Below, one piece after another: positions 10,623-19,381 of a DNA stretch of 64,000 nucleotides (the first letter of the stretch is position 1; each line of letters opens with the position of its first letter). The position numbers and the translations under genes are program-made. The notes under the pieces were generated by a model. The model was not told the origin of the DNA, made no database searches, and saw nothing but the letters and a program-made list of their open reading frames with translations. The DNA is from Alphaproteobacteria bacterium. Lineage in GTDB: Bacteria; Pseudomonadota; Alphaproteobacteria; MPNO01. The DNA lies in NCBI GenBank assembly GCA_965231875.1, contig CBDDOM010000002.1, positions 3,139,942-3,203,941 on the forward strand, read 5' to 3'.

Positions 10623-10651
10623 ATTGACGCGGAACCGGACCGGTCGTACAT
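10623..10651 (+). promoter_or_regulatory. Putative sigma70-type promoter for the tacA-tacT module (TTGACG-17nt-TACATA)
   Basis: ttgacg at 10623-10628, 17-nt spacer, tacata at 10646-10651, about 40 nt upstream of the antitoxin ATG. Confidence 0.3.
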
Positions 10652-10689
10652 ACGTCGTCGTTACATCAATACCGGAGACGAGGCCTTTC

Positions 10690-10974
10690 ATGCCGGTTCC
10701 CGAGCGAGTCCTGCAAAGTCAGACCATCAATCTGCGCGCGTCGATCAAGCAGAAATCGCTGATCGACCGCGCGGCGAAGCGCCTTGGCAAGTCACGCACC
10801 GAGTTCGTCCTCGACACGATGCGCGAAGCGTCCGAGAACGTGCTGCTCGACCAGCGCCTGTTTATCCTCGACGAAGCCGCGTTCGATGCGTTCGAAGCCA
10901 TGCTCGATGAGCCTGCCCAGCCGAGCGAAAGCTTGCGCCGGACCCTCACGACACCCCCGCCCTGGAGCCGATGA
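10690..10974 (+). CDS. tacA: DUF1778-family (RHH) antitoxin of a GNAT-toxin TA system
   Basis: 94-aa protein MPVPERVLQSQTINLRASIKQKSLIDRAAKRLGKSRTEFVLD; typical DUF1778 N-terminus; followed 10 nt later by GNAT gene. Confidence 0.75.
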   Translation: MPVPERVLQSQTINLRASIKQKSLIDRAAKRLGKSRTEFVLDTMREASENVLLDQRLFILDEAAFDAFEAMLDEPAQPSESLRRTLTTPPPWSR

Positions 10975-10984
10975 TCGCCCGGGC

Positions 10985-11482
10985 ATGAAGCTGACCGCTC
11001 CCGAGCCCATCGCCGACCGTCACGTACTTGCCGGTTTCGAAAGCGGCCAACCGACTCTGGACAGTTGGCTCGCGGCACGTGCTCTCAAGAACGAGCGGGA
11101 CGGGGCTTCGCGGACCTATGTCGTCTGCGACGACGGCGCCGTCTCCGCCTATTACTGCCTTGCCGCGGGTTCGGTGCAGCACCGGGACGTGCCCGGCAGG
11201 ATCAGGCGCAACATGCCCGATCCGATTCCGGTGATGCTGATGGGCCGTCTCGCCGTCGCCCGGTCCCATCAGGGCAGGGGGATTGCGCGCGGTCTCGTAC
11301 GAGATGCCGTTCTACGCACTTTGAAAGCTGCCGAGATCGCGGGGATCAGGGCGCTGCTCGTTCACGCGCTCGACGAAGATGCGGCAAGCTTCTACCGCCA
11401 TCTGGGCTTTCTGGAATCGCCGGTCGATCCCCTCGTACTTGCCCTTCCCTTGGCCGCCGCGCGCAAGGCGCTAGAGCCGTGA
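10985..11482 (+). CDS. tacT: GNAT-family N-acetyltransferase toxin (TacT/AtaT-like)
   Basis: 165 aa; acetyl-CoA motif VARSHQGRGIARGLVRDAV; immediately downstream of DUF1778 gene. Confidence 0.75.
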   Translation: MKLTAPEPIADRHVLAGFESGQPTLDSWLAARALKNERDGASRTYVVCDDGAVSAYYCLAAGSVQHRDVPGRIRRNMPDPIPVMLMGRLAVARSHQGRGIARGLVRDAVLRTLKAAEIAGIRALLVHALDEDAASFYRHLGFLESPVDPLVLALPLAAARKALEP

Positions 11483-11533
11483 GCGACGGTGGCTTGGTGC
11501 GTCGCACAAAATAACCATTGGTATTGCTTTCCT

Positions 11534-12421
11534 TCACACCGCCTCCCGCTCCAGCGCCGCGATCCCCTCCGCCAGCGCCAGGGTGCGTTCGGCTTCCTCG
11601 ACGTGGAGGGCCTCGATCAGCTTGCCGTCGACCAGGGTTACGCCCTTGCCCGCGGCCGCGGCCTCGCCCCATGCGGCGGAGATGCGGCGCGCCCATTCGA
11701 TGTCCCCCTCGGACGGGCCGAACACCGCGTTGGCGACGGCGATGGTCTTGGGGTGCAGCAGCGACTTGCCGTCGAAGCCGAAGGACCGCCCCTGACGGCA
11801 GGCGCGCTCGAAGCCTTCGTCGTCCGACAGGTCGAAATGGGGGGCGTCCATCACCGCGAGCCCGGCCTCGCGCGCCGCCAGCACGCAGAGTCCGATGCCG
11901 GTGAGCAGCGGCAGCCGGTCGGGCGCGTGCAGGTCCGCCCGGAGCGCTTTCGATAGATCGGCCGTGCCGAGTGTCAGCGCCGCCATGCGCGGGTGCGCCC
12001 TGGCGATGAGGCGTGCATCCAGGATGCCCCCGGGCGTTTCCAGCATGCACCAGATGCCCATGCCGCCCGGCGCCCCCGCCGCTTCCAGGGCGGCGGCCGC
12101 GTGCGTTACCGTCGCCGCGTCTTCGACCTTCGGCAGCATTGCCGCGTCGGCGCCGCTTTTCGCCACCGCTGCAAGGTCGTCTTCGAACCATGGGGTGCCG
12201 ATGCCGTTGATGCGCACCACGATCTCGCGCGCGCCGTACCCGCCCCCGGCGAGGAAGGAGAGAACGCGGTTGCGCGCCTCGACCTTGGCCTCGGGCAGCA
12301 CGCCGTCCTCGAGATCCATGATCAGGACATCGGCCGCGAGGCTCCGCCCCTTTTCCAGCGCGCGCGCGTTGGCGCCCGGCATGTAGAGCGCGCTGCGCCT
12401 CGGGCGGATGCGGCGGGTCAC
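11534..12421 (-). CDS. HpcH/HpaI aldolase / citrate lyase beta-like (CitE family, malyl-CoA/citryl-CoA lyase-like)
   Basis: 295 aa; RSALYMPGANARALEK...DLEDGV N-terminus typical of the CitE/HpcH family. Confidence 0.75.
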   Translation of the reverse strand: MTRRIRPRRSALYMPGANARALEKGRSLAADVLIMDLEDGVLPEAKVEARNRVLSFLAGGGYGAREIVVRINGIGTPWFEDDLAAVAKSGADAAMLPKVEDAATVTHAAAALEAAGAPGGMGIWCMLETPGGILDARLIARAHPRMAALTLGTADLSKALRADLHAPDRLPLLTGIGLCVLAAREAGLAVMDAPHFDLSDDEGFERACRQGRSFGFDGKSLLHPKTIAVANAVFGPSEGDIEWARRISAAWGEAAAAGKGVTLVDGKLIEALHVEEAERTLALAEGIAALEREAV

Positions 12422-12426
12422 CGGAG

Positions 12427-13191
12427 CTACCCGCCGGCCGCCGAGAGCGCTTCGATGCGCCGCTCGTATTCCGCCGCCTCGCCGTCCCGGCCGGTGTTAC
12501 GGAGGACATCGGCGAGAATCCGCATCGAATCGACCTGCTCCGGATCGAGTTCGAGGGACCGCCGCGCGCTCGCCTCGGCGAGATCGTAGTCTTCCCTCGC
12601 GGCGTGGATACCGCTCAGGAGGTTGAACAAATCCGCGTCGGTATCGTCCGCCGCGATTGCCGCCGTCGCGCTTTCGAGCGCTTCGTCATGGCGCCCCAGC
12701 GTGAGCAGGAGAGTGCCGAGGCCCCCGTGGGCCTGGCTCGACTCCGGGTCCAGCGCGACCGCGCACCGGCCGGCATCCACCGCCGCCTCGGTCTCGTCGA
12801 GCCGGTTGAGCGCCGCGCTCAGGCCGAGCCAATATTCCGCGTTGTCGGGCTTGAGCCGGATCGCCGCCCAGAAGGTTTCGCGCGCGTCCTCCATCCGCCC
12901 GGCGATCCCGAGCAATATGGCGCGGGCACCGTGAAACCTGGCGACCGAGGAGTCCGCCGCCACCGCGTCATCGAGAAAATCGAGCGCGGCCTCGAATTCC
13001 CCCTGCCCGAAAGCGATGGTCCCCCTGAGATATTTCGCTTCGCCGTTTCCGGGATCGAGGGCCTCGATCCGGTCCAGCACGCGCTCGGCCTTGCGGACCC
13101 GGTCTTCGAGATAGTAGTCGAGGGCCCGTTCGAGCAACTCGTAAACATCCGTCATGCCCGACCTTATAGGTTCGCGCTCTGAAGGCGGCAA
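12427..13191 (-). CDS. Tetratricopeptide-repeat protein
   Basis: Repeated A..Y..G......A...F motifs across 254 aa; start could be the downstream Met (MTDVY). Confidence 0.65.
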   Translation of the reverse strand: MPPSEREPIRSGMTDVYELLERALDYYLEDRVRKAERVLDRIEALDPGNGEAKYLRGTIAFGQGEFEAALDFLDDAVAADSSVARFHGARAILLGIAGRMEDARETFWAAIRLKPDNAEYWLGLSAALNRLDETEAAVDAGRCAVALDPESSQAHGGLGTLLLTLGRHDEALESATAAIAADDTDADLFNLLSGIHAAREDYDLAEASARRSLELDPEQVDSMRILADVLRNTGRDGEAAEYERRIEALSAAGG

Positions 13192-13245
13192 GCGGCGGCC
13201 CCGCTTTCGTCCCCGGCCGCCCGCGCCCTACACTCCGCCCGCCCG

Positions 13246-15546
13246 ATGAAGACACCGGAGGCGGCGATGACGAATGCCGGGCCGATCGGCCGCCCGGTCC
13301 CGCGCAAGGAGGACGCGCGGCTGCTGCGCGGACGGGCGCGCTTCGTCGACGACGTCCGCCTGGGCCGGATGCTGCACGGCGTCTTCCTGCGCAGCCCGCA
13401 CCCGCACGCGGAGATCGGTACGATCGACACCTCGGCGGCGCTCGCGGCCGGGGCCCGGCTGGTGCTCACGGCGGACGACCTCCCGTTCGCTGACCGGGCG
13501 TTCGTGGTCCGCTATTGGCACGAGGCGATCCGCGGCGGCACCCAGCCCTTCCTCGCGCGCGGCCGGGTGCGCTACGTGGGCGAGCCGGTGGCGCTGGCGG
13601 TCGCCGACGATCCCTACCGGGCCGAGGATCTGGCGGGGCTGGTCGAGATCGCGTACCGCCCGCTCGACCCGGTTGCCGGGATCGAGGCGGCGATGGCGGA
13701 CGGCGCGCCCGGGCTCCACGACTCCTGGACCCAAAACGTCGCCGCCCGGTTTTCCTACCAGCGCGGCGATGCGGGCGGCGCGCTCGAACGGGCGGCGCGC
13801 CGCGTCACCCACGAATCCCGCTTCGCGCGTCAGATCCCGCTGTCGCTGGAGACCCGCGGCGCCGTCGCCGATTTCGACCGCTCGCGCGGCGCGTTGACCG
13901 TCCGGCTCTCGACACAGGCGCATTACAACGTCCGGGAAAACCTCGCTTCCCTGCTGGACCTGCCGGAAAGCGCGGTGCGGGTGATCTGCGAGGACGTCGG
14001 CGGCGGGTTCGGCGCCAAGTCGCGCTGCTATGGCGAGGAGATCGTGCTTGCCGAGGCGAGCCGCGTGCTCGGCCGCCCGGTCAAGTGGATCGAGGACCGT
14101 CGCGAGAACATGCTGGCGACGACCCATTCGCGCGGGATCGACGTGACGCTGGAGCTGGGACTCTCCGAAGACGGGCGTTTCGAGGCGCTGCGCGCGACGG
14201 TCGCGCTCGACACTGGGGGCTATGTGTTCACCAGCGGGATCGCGACAGGCGAGCTCTGCGGCGCGTTGATCCCCGGCGCCTACCGGATCCCCGATTTCTC
14301 CGTCGAGGTGCTGGCGGTCGGCACCAACAAGACCCCGGCCGCGACCTATCGCGGCGCCGGGCAGCCGGAAGCCGCGCTCGCCATCGAGACCCTGGTCGAC
14401 CGTGCCGCCCGCGCGGTCGGACTCGGCGCGGCCGAGCTCCGCCGGCGCAACCTGGTGCGGCCCGGCGACCTGCCCCACGCGACGGGAACCGGATTCGGCG
14501 GCATCGCGTTCGAATTTCTCGGCGGCGATTTCCCCGCTTTGCTCGACCGGGTGACGGATGCAAGCGGTTATGACGAGGCGGTGGAAACCCGGCCCGACGG
14601 CACGCGCCTTGCCTGGGGGCTCGCCGGCGGCGTCGACGTTTCCGGCGTGGTCAACTTCGAGTCCGCGCGGGTCGGGATCGACCCGTCGGGCGACGTTCTC
14701 GTCCATTCGGGGATGAGTTCGCAGGGGCAGGGTCAGGCGACGACCTTCGCCCAGATCGCGGCAGACGCGCTCGGGGCGGATGTCGACCGCGTTTCGGTCG
14801 CCATGGGCGATACGGCGCTGCTCGCTTTCGGGCGCGGCGCGTTCGCGAGCCGGGGCGCGATCATGGGGGGCAGCGCGGTCCTTGAGGCGGCGGGGGCGTT
14901 GCGGGCGCGGACCCTCGAGGCCGCGGCGCAACTTCTCCAGGACGAAGCCGGCGGGCTCGACATCGTGGGCGGGCGCATCGTCCGGCGGAACGGCGGCGAG
15001 ACCGGGCTCACGCTCGGCGGGGTGGCGCGCGCCGTCGCGCCCGGCGGGCCGCTGTTCGACGGCGGCGCGGGACTCCAAGCGGAGACCGTCTGGCGCGCCG
15101 ACCGGCCCGCGACGCTCGCCTTCTCCGTCCATGCGGCGCGGGTGGCGGTCGATCCGGAAACCGGTTCCGTCGAGGTCGTGGACTATGCAATCGGCCACGA
15201 TATCGGGCGCGCGCTCAACCCCCTGATCGTCAATGGCCAGGTCGCGGGCGGTGCGGCGGAGGGGATCGCGAACGCGCTGCTCACCGAAATGATCTTCGCG
15301 CCCGACGGTCAGCCGCTCACATTGACCCTCGCCGACTATCTCGCCGGCGCCGCCGACGGCGCGCCCGCTCCGCGCCTGATCGAACGGGAAACGCCGTCGC
15401 CCACCAATCCGCTCGGCATTCGGGGCGTCGGCGAAAGCGCGACCATCGCGCCGCCCGCGGCGATCTGGAACGCCGTCGCCCGGGCCATGGGGTGGGACGC
15501 AGCTCCGGCCCGGATCCCGATTTCCCCCCACGCGCTGGCCGGTTAG
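13246..15546 (+). CDS. Xanthine dehydrogenase family molybdopterin-binding large subunit (CoxL-like), second paralog
   Basis: 766 aa; RKEDARLLRGRARFVDD N-terminus, YRGAGQ loop; similar architecture to 4820..7123. Confidence 0.8.
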   Translation: MKTPEAAMTNAGPIGRPVPRKEDARLLRGRARFVDDVRLGRMLHGVFLRSPHPHAEIGTIDTSAALAAGARLVLTADDLPFADRAFVVRYWHEAIRGGTQPFLARGRVRYVGEPVALAVADDPYRAEDLAGLVEIAYRPLDPVAGIEAAMADGAPGLHDSWTQNVAARFSYQRGDAGGALERAARRVTHESRFARQIPLSLETRGAVADFDRSRGALTVRLSTQAHYNVRENLASLLDLPESAVRVICEDVGGGFGAKSRCYGEEIVLAEASRVLGRPVKWIEDRRENMLATTHSRGIDVTLELGLSEDGRFEALRATVALDTGGYVFTSGIATGELCGALIPGAYRIPDFSVEVLAVGTNKTPAATYRGAGQPEAALAIETLVDRAARAVGLGAAELRRRNLVRPGDLPHATGTGFGGIAFEFLGGDFPALLDRVTDASGYDEAVETRPDGTRLAWGLAGGVDVSGVVNFESARVGIDPSGDVLVHSGMSSQGQGQATTFAQIAADALGADVDRVSVAMGDTALLAFGRGAFASRGAIMGGSAVLEAAGALRARTLEAAAQLLQDEAGGLDIVGGRIVRRNGGETGLTLGGVARAVAPGGPLFDGGAGLQAETVWRADRPATLAFSVHAARVAVDPETGSVEVVDYAIGHDIGRALNPLIVNGQVAGGAAEGIANALLTEMIFAPDGQPLTLTLADYLAGAADGAPAPRLIERETPSPTNPLGIRGVGESATIAPPAAIWNAVARAMGWDAAPARIPISPHALAG

Positions 15547-15611
15547 AGCGCAAGAGCCTATCCGTTTTAGTTCGGACCCTTCCCGCGCCGCCCCGGCCTC
15601 TCCTCTATCTC

Positions 15612-15768
15612 GTCATGCCCGGACTTGTTCCACTGCTGTCCGGTTCAGGCGTTCGGGGCAGGCTCCACGCCCATGAGCGAGACCGTCGCCGCCTCCTTGT
15701 TGTCACCCCGGACTTGTTCCGGGATCCAGGGCAGCCGGGTGAGGGCGGTGCCTGTGGCCTTGGACCCC
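15612..15768. repeat. REP-B family repeat copy (gtcatgcccggacttgttcc... / gtcaccccggacttgttccggg)
   Basis: Shares >20-nt blocks with copies at 31225, 36047, 37671 and 43683. Confidence 0.5.
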
Positions 15769-15950
15769 ATCTGTTTTAGATGGAACCGCTTGCACCGTTC
15801 CCTTCCGTCATGGTCGGCGGAGGCCGACCATCCACGAGTTTTTCTTTGTCGGCGGAACAACAGAAAACAAAACGTGGATGGTCGGCCTCCGCCGACCATG
15901 ACGCGGGAGGGGCAGGGACAGCAGCGGTTCCGCCTGAAACGGACAGGCCC
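15769..15950. repeat. MITE-like long imperfect palindrome (about 170 bp), copy 1
   Basis: cgtcatggtcggcggaggccgaccatccacg ... cgtggatggtcggcctccgccgaccatgacg inverted arms with about 30-nt loop; near-identical to 22410..22600. Confidence 0.65.
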
Positions 15951-17233
15951 TAGAAGCTGTAGGTGACGTTGAGGACGACGTACCCGTCGCGCCGGGTATC
16001 GTGGATCGCGTCTTTCTCGTCGACCTTGAGCATGACCGCCCCTTCCACTGTCGCGGTCCAGCTGTCCGACAAATCCCGCTTTGCTTCGAACCCCATCAGG
16101 TATGTCGAATAATCCGTGTCGGCGATGACGCTCGCCACGAACTCGGTGTTCTCGACGTCGTTCAGCGCGAGGCGGGATGCGAAGAAGACGTCGTTCTGGT
16201 ACCGGTTGGTCGACCGGCGCCCGCGCTCGTCGTAGCTCCACTCGCCGAGCAGGCTGATATCGGCCTCCGAATCGAAGACCCCGCTGAACGTGTACTCGAC
16301 CCCGGCGGCGAAGGCGGCGTAGTCCTCTTCCTTGCCCGCGGGGTTGCGCATGTCCGCCCGGTTTCTCGCCCCTTCGCGGCGGATGGCCTCGAGCTTGATC
16401 AGCCATGATTCGATGGTGAGCTGGGCGTCGAGCCCGTACTGGCGGATCTGCGCGTAGTGCGGGACCAGGGTCAACGATCCGCCATGGAATTCCGGATCGA
16501 AAGACGGCTCGCGGCTGGTGCCGTCGAACACGCTCACGCCCAAATCGAGCGGCCCGATGCTGCGGCTGTAGCGAGCGGCGAGGTCGACATGCCACTCCTC
16601 GGCCGCGCTCTCGTAGGAAACCCGCCTCTGGTCGAACGGGATCCGGGTCCGGAGGCGGCCCTTGCGCCCCGGCAGCGTCCGCTCGCGGTGAAGCGGCATG
16701 GCGAAGAACTCCAGCACGCCCCAGTCCGCCGACCAGGTGAGGTGGGCCATGAGCTGGCCCATCCGGCTCTCTTCGTTCGGGCGGTCGGTCAGGTCGACCT
16801 GGTTGACGATGTTGACCAAATGATGGAATTCGGTGACGCCCCAGAACACCCGGTCGACGCCGACCCGCGCCTCCCACTCGCCCTCGCCGAGCTCGCCGAA
16901 CAACAGCAGATAGGCCTCGCGCAGGTCGGCGTTGGTGCGGTGGGGATCCGCGCTGTCGTAGCGGTAATGCGGCGTGAGCGTGAAGCTTCCGCCGTCCTCG
17001 TGTTCGAGATAGAGCGTGGGTTCCGCGGTAAAGCCCAGGCTTCCGTCGCGCTGGCCCCGATGGGCCGCTTCGGTCGGGAACCAGCGGCCTTCCATGGTGA
17101 GGCGCCCCGAGAACTCGGCCTCGATCTTGCCGGTATCGGCGGCGGCGATCCAGGCGAAGACGGTGCAGGCGGCGCCCAGCGCCGCCCCGGCAGCGGCAGC
17201 GCGATGCCGGCGAAAGATGCGTGTCAGCGGCAT
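15950..17233 (-). CDS. Putative outer-membrane beta-barrel protein (secreted; unknown family)
   Basis: Signal-peptide-like N-terminus MPLTRIFRRHRAAAAGAALGAACTVFAWIAAA; C-terminal ...VLNVTYSF aromatic terminus; start is Met74 of ORF 15950..17452. Confidence 0.45.
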   Translation of the reverse strand: MPLTRIFRRHRAAAAGAALGAACTVFAWIAAADTGKIEAEFSGRLTMEGRWFPTEAAHRGQRDGSLGFTAEPTLYLEHEDGGSFTLTPHYRYDSADPHRTNADLREAYLLLFGELGEGEWEARVGVDRVFWGVTEFHHLVNIVNQVDLTDRPNEESRMGQLMAHLTWSADWGVLEFFAMPLHRERTLPGRKGRLRTRIPFDQRRVSYESAAEEWHVDLAARYSRSIGPLDLGVSVFDGTSREPSFDPEFHGGSLTLVPHYAQIRQYGLDAQLTIESWLIKLEAIRREGARNRADMRNPAGKEEDYAAFAAGVEYTFSGVFDSEADISLLGEWSYDERGRRSTNRYQNDVFFASRLALNDVENTEFVASVIADTDYSTYLMGFEAKRDLSDSWTATVEGAVMLKVDEKDAIHDTRRDGYVVLNVTYSF

Positions 17234-17509
17234 GCCATCGGTGTCCCGAATTTCGGCGCACTCGTGGGCGGAATCATAGTGGCCTCCGCCCCGCGTGGCA
17301 CGCGTGGGGTGCGATGCGGTAATCCAGACACGCACGCGGGTTGGTCTTACGGTACTCTTCCAAAGGCTACACCCTTGGCTTGTGCTCCCGATCCACCATG
17401 GACCGATGCTGTAGCACGGAGTATTTGAAGCGCGAATTCTGCGTGAGACCATTGTCCAGGCATGCCTGACGCGGTTATCGGCACTATGGATCCTGGGCAG
17501 GAGGGTAGG

Positions 17510-18871
17510 ATGTTAAAGAGACTGAAACTGACGAATTTCAAGGCATGGCGGGAAGCCGATCTGCGATTCGGGAAGGTGACCGGATTCTTCGGCACCAACA
17601 GCGCCGGCAAGAGCAGCCTTCTTCAACTCCTGCTCTTGCTCAAGCAGACCAAGAATGCGACGGACCGCGGCCTGGTGCTCGATTTCGGCGGGCCCTCCGA
17701 CTTCGTAAACCTCGGGACCTATAGCGATGTCGTGCACCGGCATGACGAGGAGACGAGAATAAGCTGGCTCCTCGACTGGTCTCTCCCAGAGACGATGAGG
17801 ATCGACCAGCGCGTGGCATCCCCCAGTCCCCTTGAATTGAAAGGAAATTCTCTTCAGACGCGATGTGAGGTCGGCCTGCGGCTCGAACGCCCTTGGCCGT
17901 ACGAGTTGGCATACAGGTTCGATGGGGTGGACTTCATTTTACAATCTCAGGTCGGTTCAGAGAACAAATTCAAGCTGGACACAACTGCCTCCGATTTCAG
18001 GTTCATACGCAATCAAGGTCGAGCGTGGCCGCTTTCCCACCCAATCAAGACGCACCTGTTCCCGAACGAGATGAGGGGTTTCTACCAGAACGCCGACTTT
18101 CTGCGCAATTTCGAGTTGGAATATGAGCGTTTCATGGACTCAATTTACTACCTGGGGCCTCTCCGGGAATATCCGCAGCGGGAATATGGCTGGGCAGGTT
18201 CCAGCCCCGGCGATGTCGGACAGCGCGGAGAACGCACGGTAGACGCAATCCTCGCCGCCAGTCGGGACGGACAGTCGAGGAGCCTCGGATATCGGATGCG
18301 CAGAAAAAAGTTTCAGGAGATGATCGCATATTGGCTCAGCGAGCTAGGGCTGATTCACGAGTTTCAAATCGAGGAAATTGTGAAAGGAACGAACCTGTAT
18401 CGGGCATTGGTGAAAACCACCCGGTCAAGTCCCCAAACCCTCTTGACCGATGTCGGGTTCGGCGTTTCGCAGGTTCTGCCGGCGCTGGTTCTTCTCTACT
18501 ACGTTCCAGAGGGTTCCACGGTGCTCATGGAACAGCCCGAGATCCATCTTCATCCTGCGGTGCAGAGCGGATTGGCCGATGTCATGCTGAATGTGGCGGA
18601 GGCCCGGAATGTGCAGATCATCGTGGAAAGTCACAGCGAGCACCTGATGCGGCGCCTGCAGCGCCGGGTGGCGGAGGAAGGGGCGTCCGCCGAGGACGTC
18701 AAGTTATATTTCGTTTCGACCAGCGGAAGCAGAGCGCAAGCGTCCGATCTCTGCCTGAATGAGTGGGGGGAAATCGAGAACTGGCCGGACAATTTTTTCG
18801 GCGACGAGATGGGAGAAATCGCGGCGATCACCAAGGCGTCTTTGAGGAGGAAAATAGGACATTCTCGATGA
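17510..18871 (+). CDS. SMC/OLD-like ABC ATPase (AAA_15/AAA_21-type), no nuclease domain
   Basis: MLKRLKLTNFKAW N-terminus; Walker A GTNSAGKSS; C-terminal LMEQPEIHLHP (Walker B/D-loop-like) and ESHSEHLMRRL (H-loop-like); perfect SD aggaggg 6 nt upstream of ATG 17510; lower GC than surroundings. Confidence 0.75.
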   Translation: MLKRLKLTNFKAWREADLRFGKVTGFFGTNSAGKSSLLQLLLLLKQTKNATDRGLVLDFGGPSDFVNLGTYSDVVHRHDEETRISWLLDWSLPETMRIDQRVASPSPLELKGNSLQTRCEVGLRLERPWPYELAYRFDGVDFILQSQVGSENKFKLDTTASDFRFIRNQGRAWPLSHPIKTHLFPNEMRGFYQNADFLRNFELEYERFMDSIYYLGPLREYPQREYGWAGSSPGDVGQRGERTVDAILAASRDGQSRSLGYRMRRKKFQEMIAYWLSELGLIHEFQIEEIVKGTNLYRALVKTTRSSPQTLLTDVGFGVSQVLPALVLLYYVPEGSTVLMEQPEIHLHPAVQSGLADVMLNVAEARNVQIIVESHSEHLMRRLQRRVAEEGASAEDVKLYFVSTSGSRAQASDLCLNEWGEIENWPDNFFGDEMGEIAAITKASLRRKIGHSR

Positions 18872-19344
18872 ACGCGTTTGTCGTGGACACCAATGTTGCG
18901 ATCGTTGCCAATGGCGGTAGCAGGACGCACGCCGATGAGCGATGCCAACTGACCTGTGTGGAAAGGTTGGAGTATCTGGTCAATCGCGGAACCATAGCGG
19001 TCGACGAAACAGGGCTAATGTTTGCCGAATATGCCGATCACTTGTCTTGGTCAGGCGCACCTGGTGTGGGGGATATGTTTTTCAAGCACTTGGTCGACAA
19101 TCAATATCTGGTCCATCGCGTTCGAAGAGTCCCGGTGACTCCGTGCGATGACGACCGGAAAGGATTTGAAGAACTGCCCTGGAACGCGTTCGATCCGTCG
19201 GACCGGAAGTTCCTGGCCGTCGCCGTTGTCGCGGATGCGGCGGTTCTCAACGCGACCGACAGCGACTGGGAGGAACAGGCGGCGCTGATCGCGGAATTGG
19301 GCGTCGAGATCGATCAGCTCTGTCCGCAGCACGCCAGCAAGTGA
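18868..19344 (+). CDS. Small PIN-like protein translationally coupled to the ATPase
   Basis: ATGA start/stop overlap with ATPase; N-terminal FVVDTNVAIV strand with conserved Asp; acidic residues at about 7/47/94/130 spaced like PIN catalytic residues; 158 aa. Confidence 0.45.
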   Translation: MNAFVVDTNVAIVANGGSRTHADERCQLTCVERLEYLVNRGTIAVDETGLMFAEYADHLSWSGAPGVGDMFFKHLVDNQYLVHRVRRVPVTPCDDDRKGFEELPWNAFDPSDRKFLAVAVVADAAVLNATDSDWEEQAALIAELGVEIDQLCPQHASK

Positions 19345-19381
19345 CGTTGGCCGAGCGGACATAGACGACGGTGCAGGGGCC

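Noticed and set aside
13228-15531. 767-aa ORF on the minus strand
   Set aside because: Antisense to the second CoxL-like gene.
15645-17261. 538-aa ORF on the minus strand overlapping the OMP gene in another frame
   Set aside because: Arg/Pro/Gly-rich low-complexity translation. The +1 frame gives a signal-peptide-bearing protein with beta-barrel-like C-terminus.
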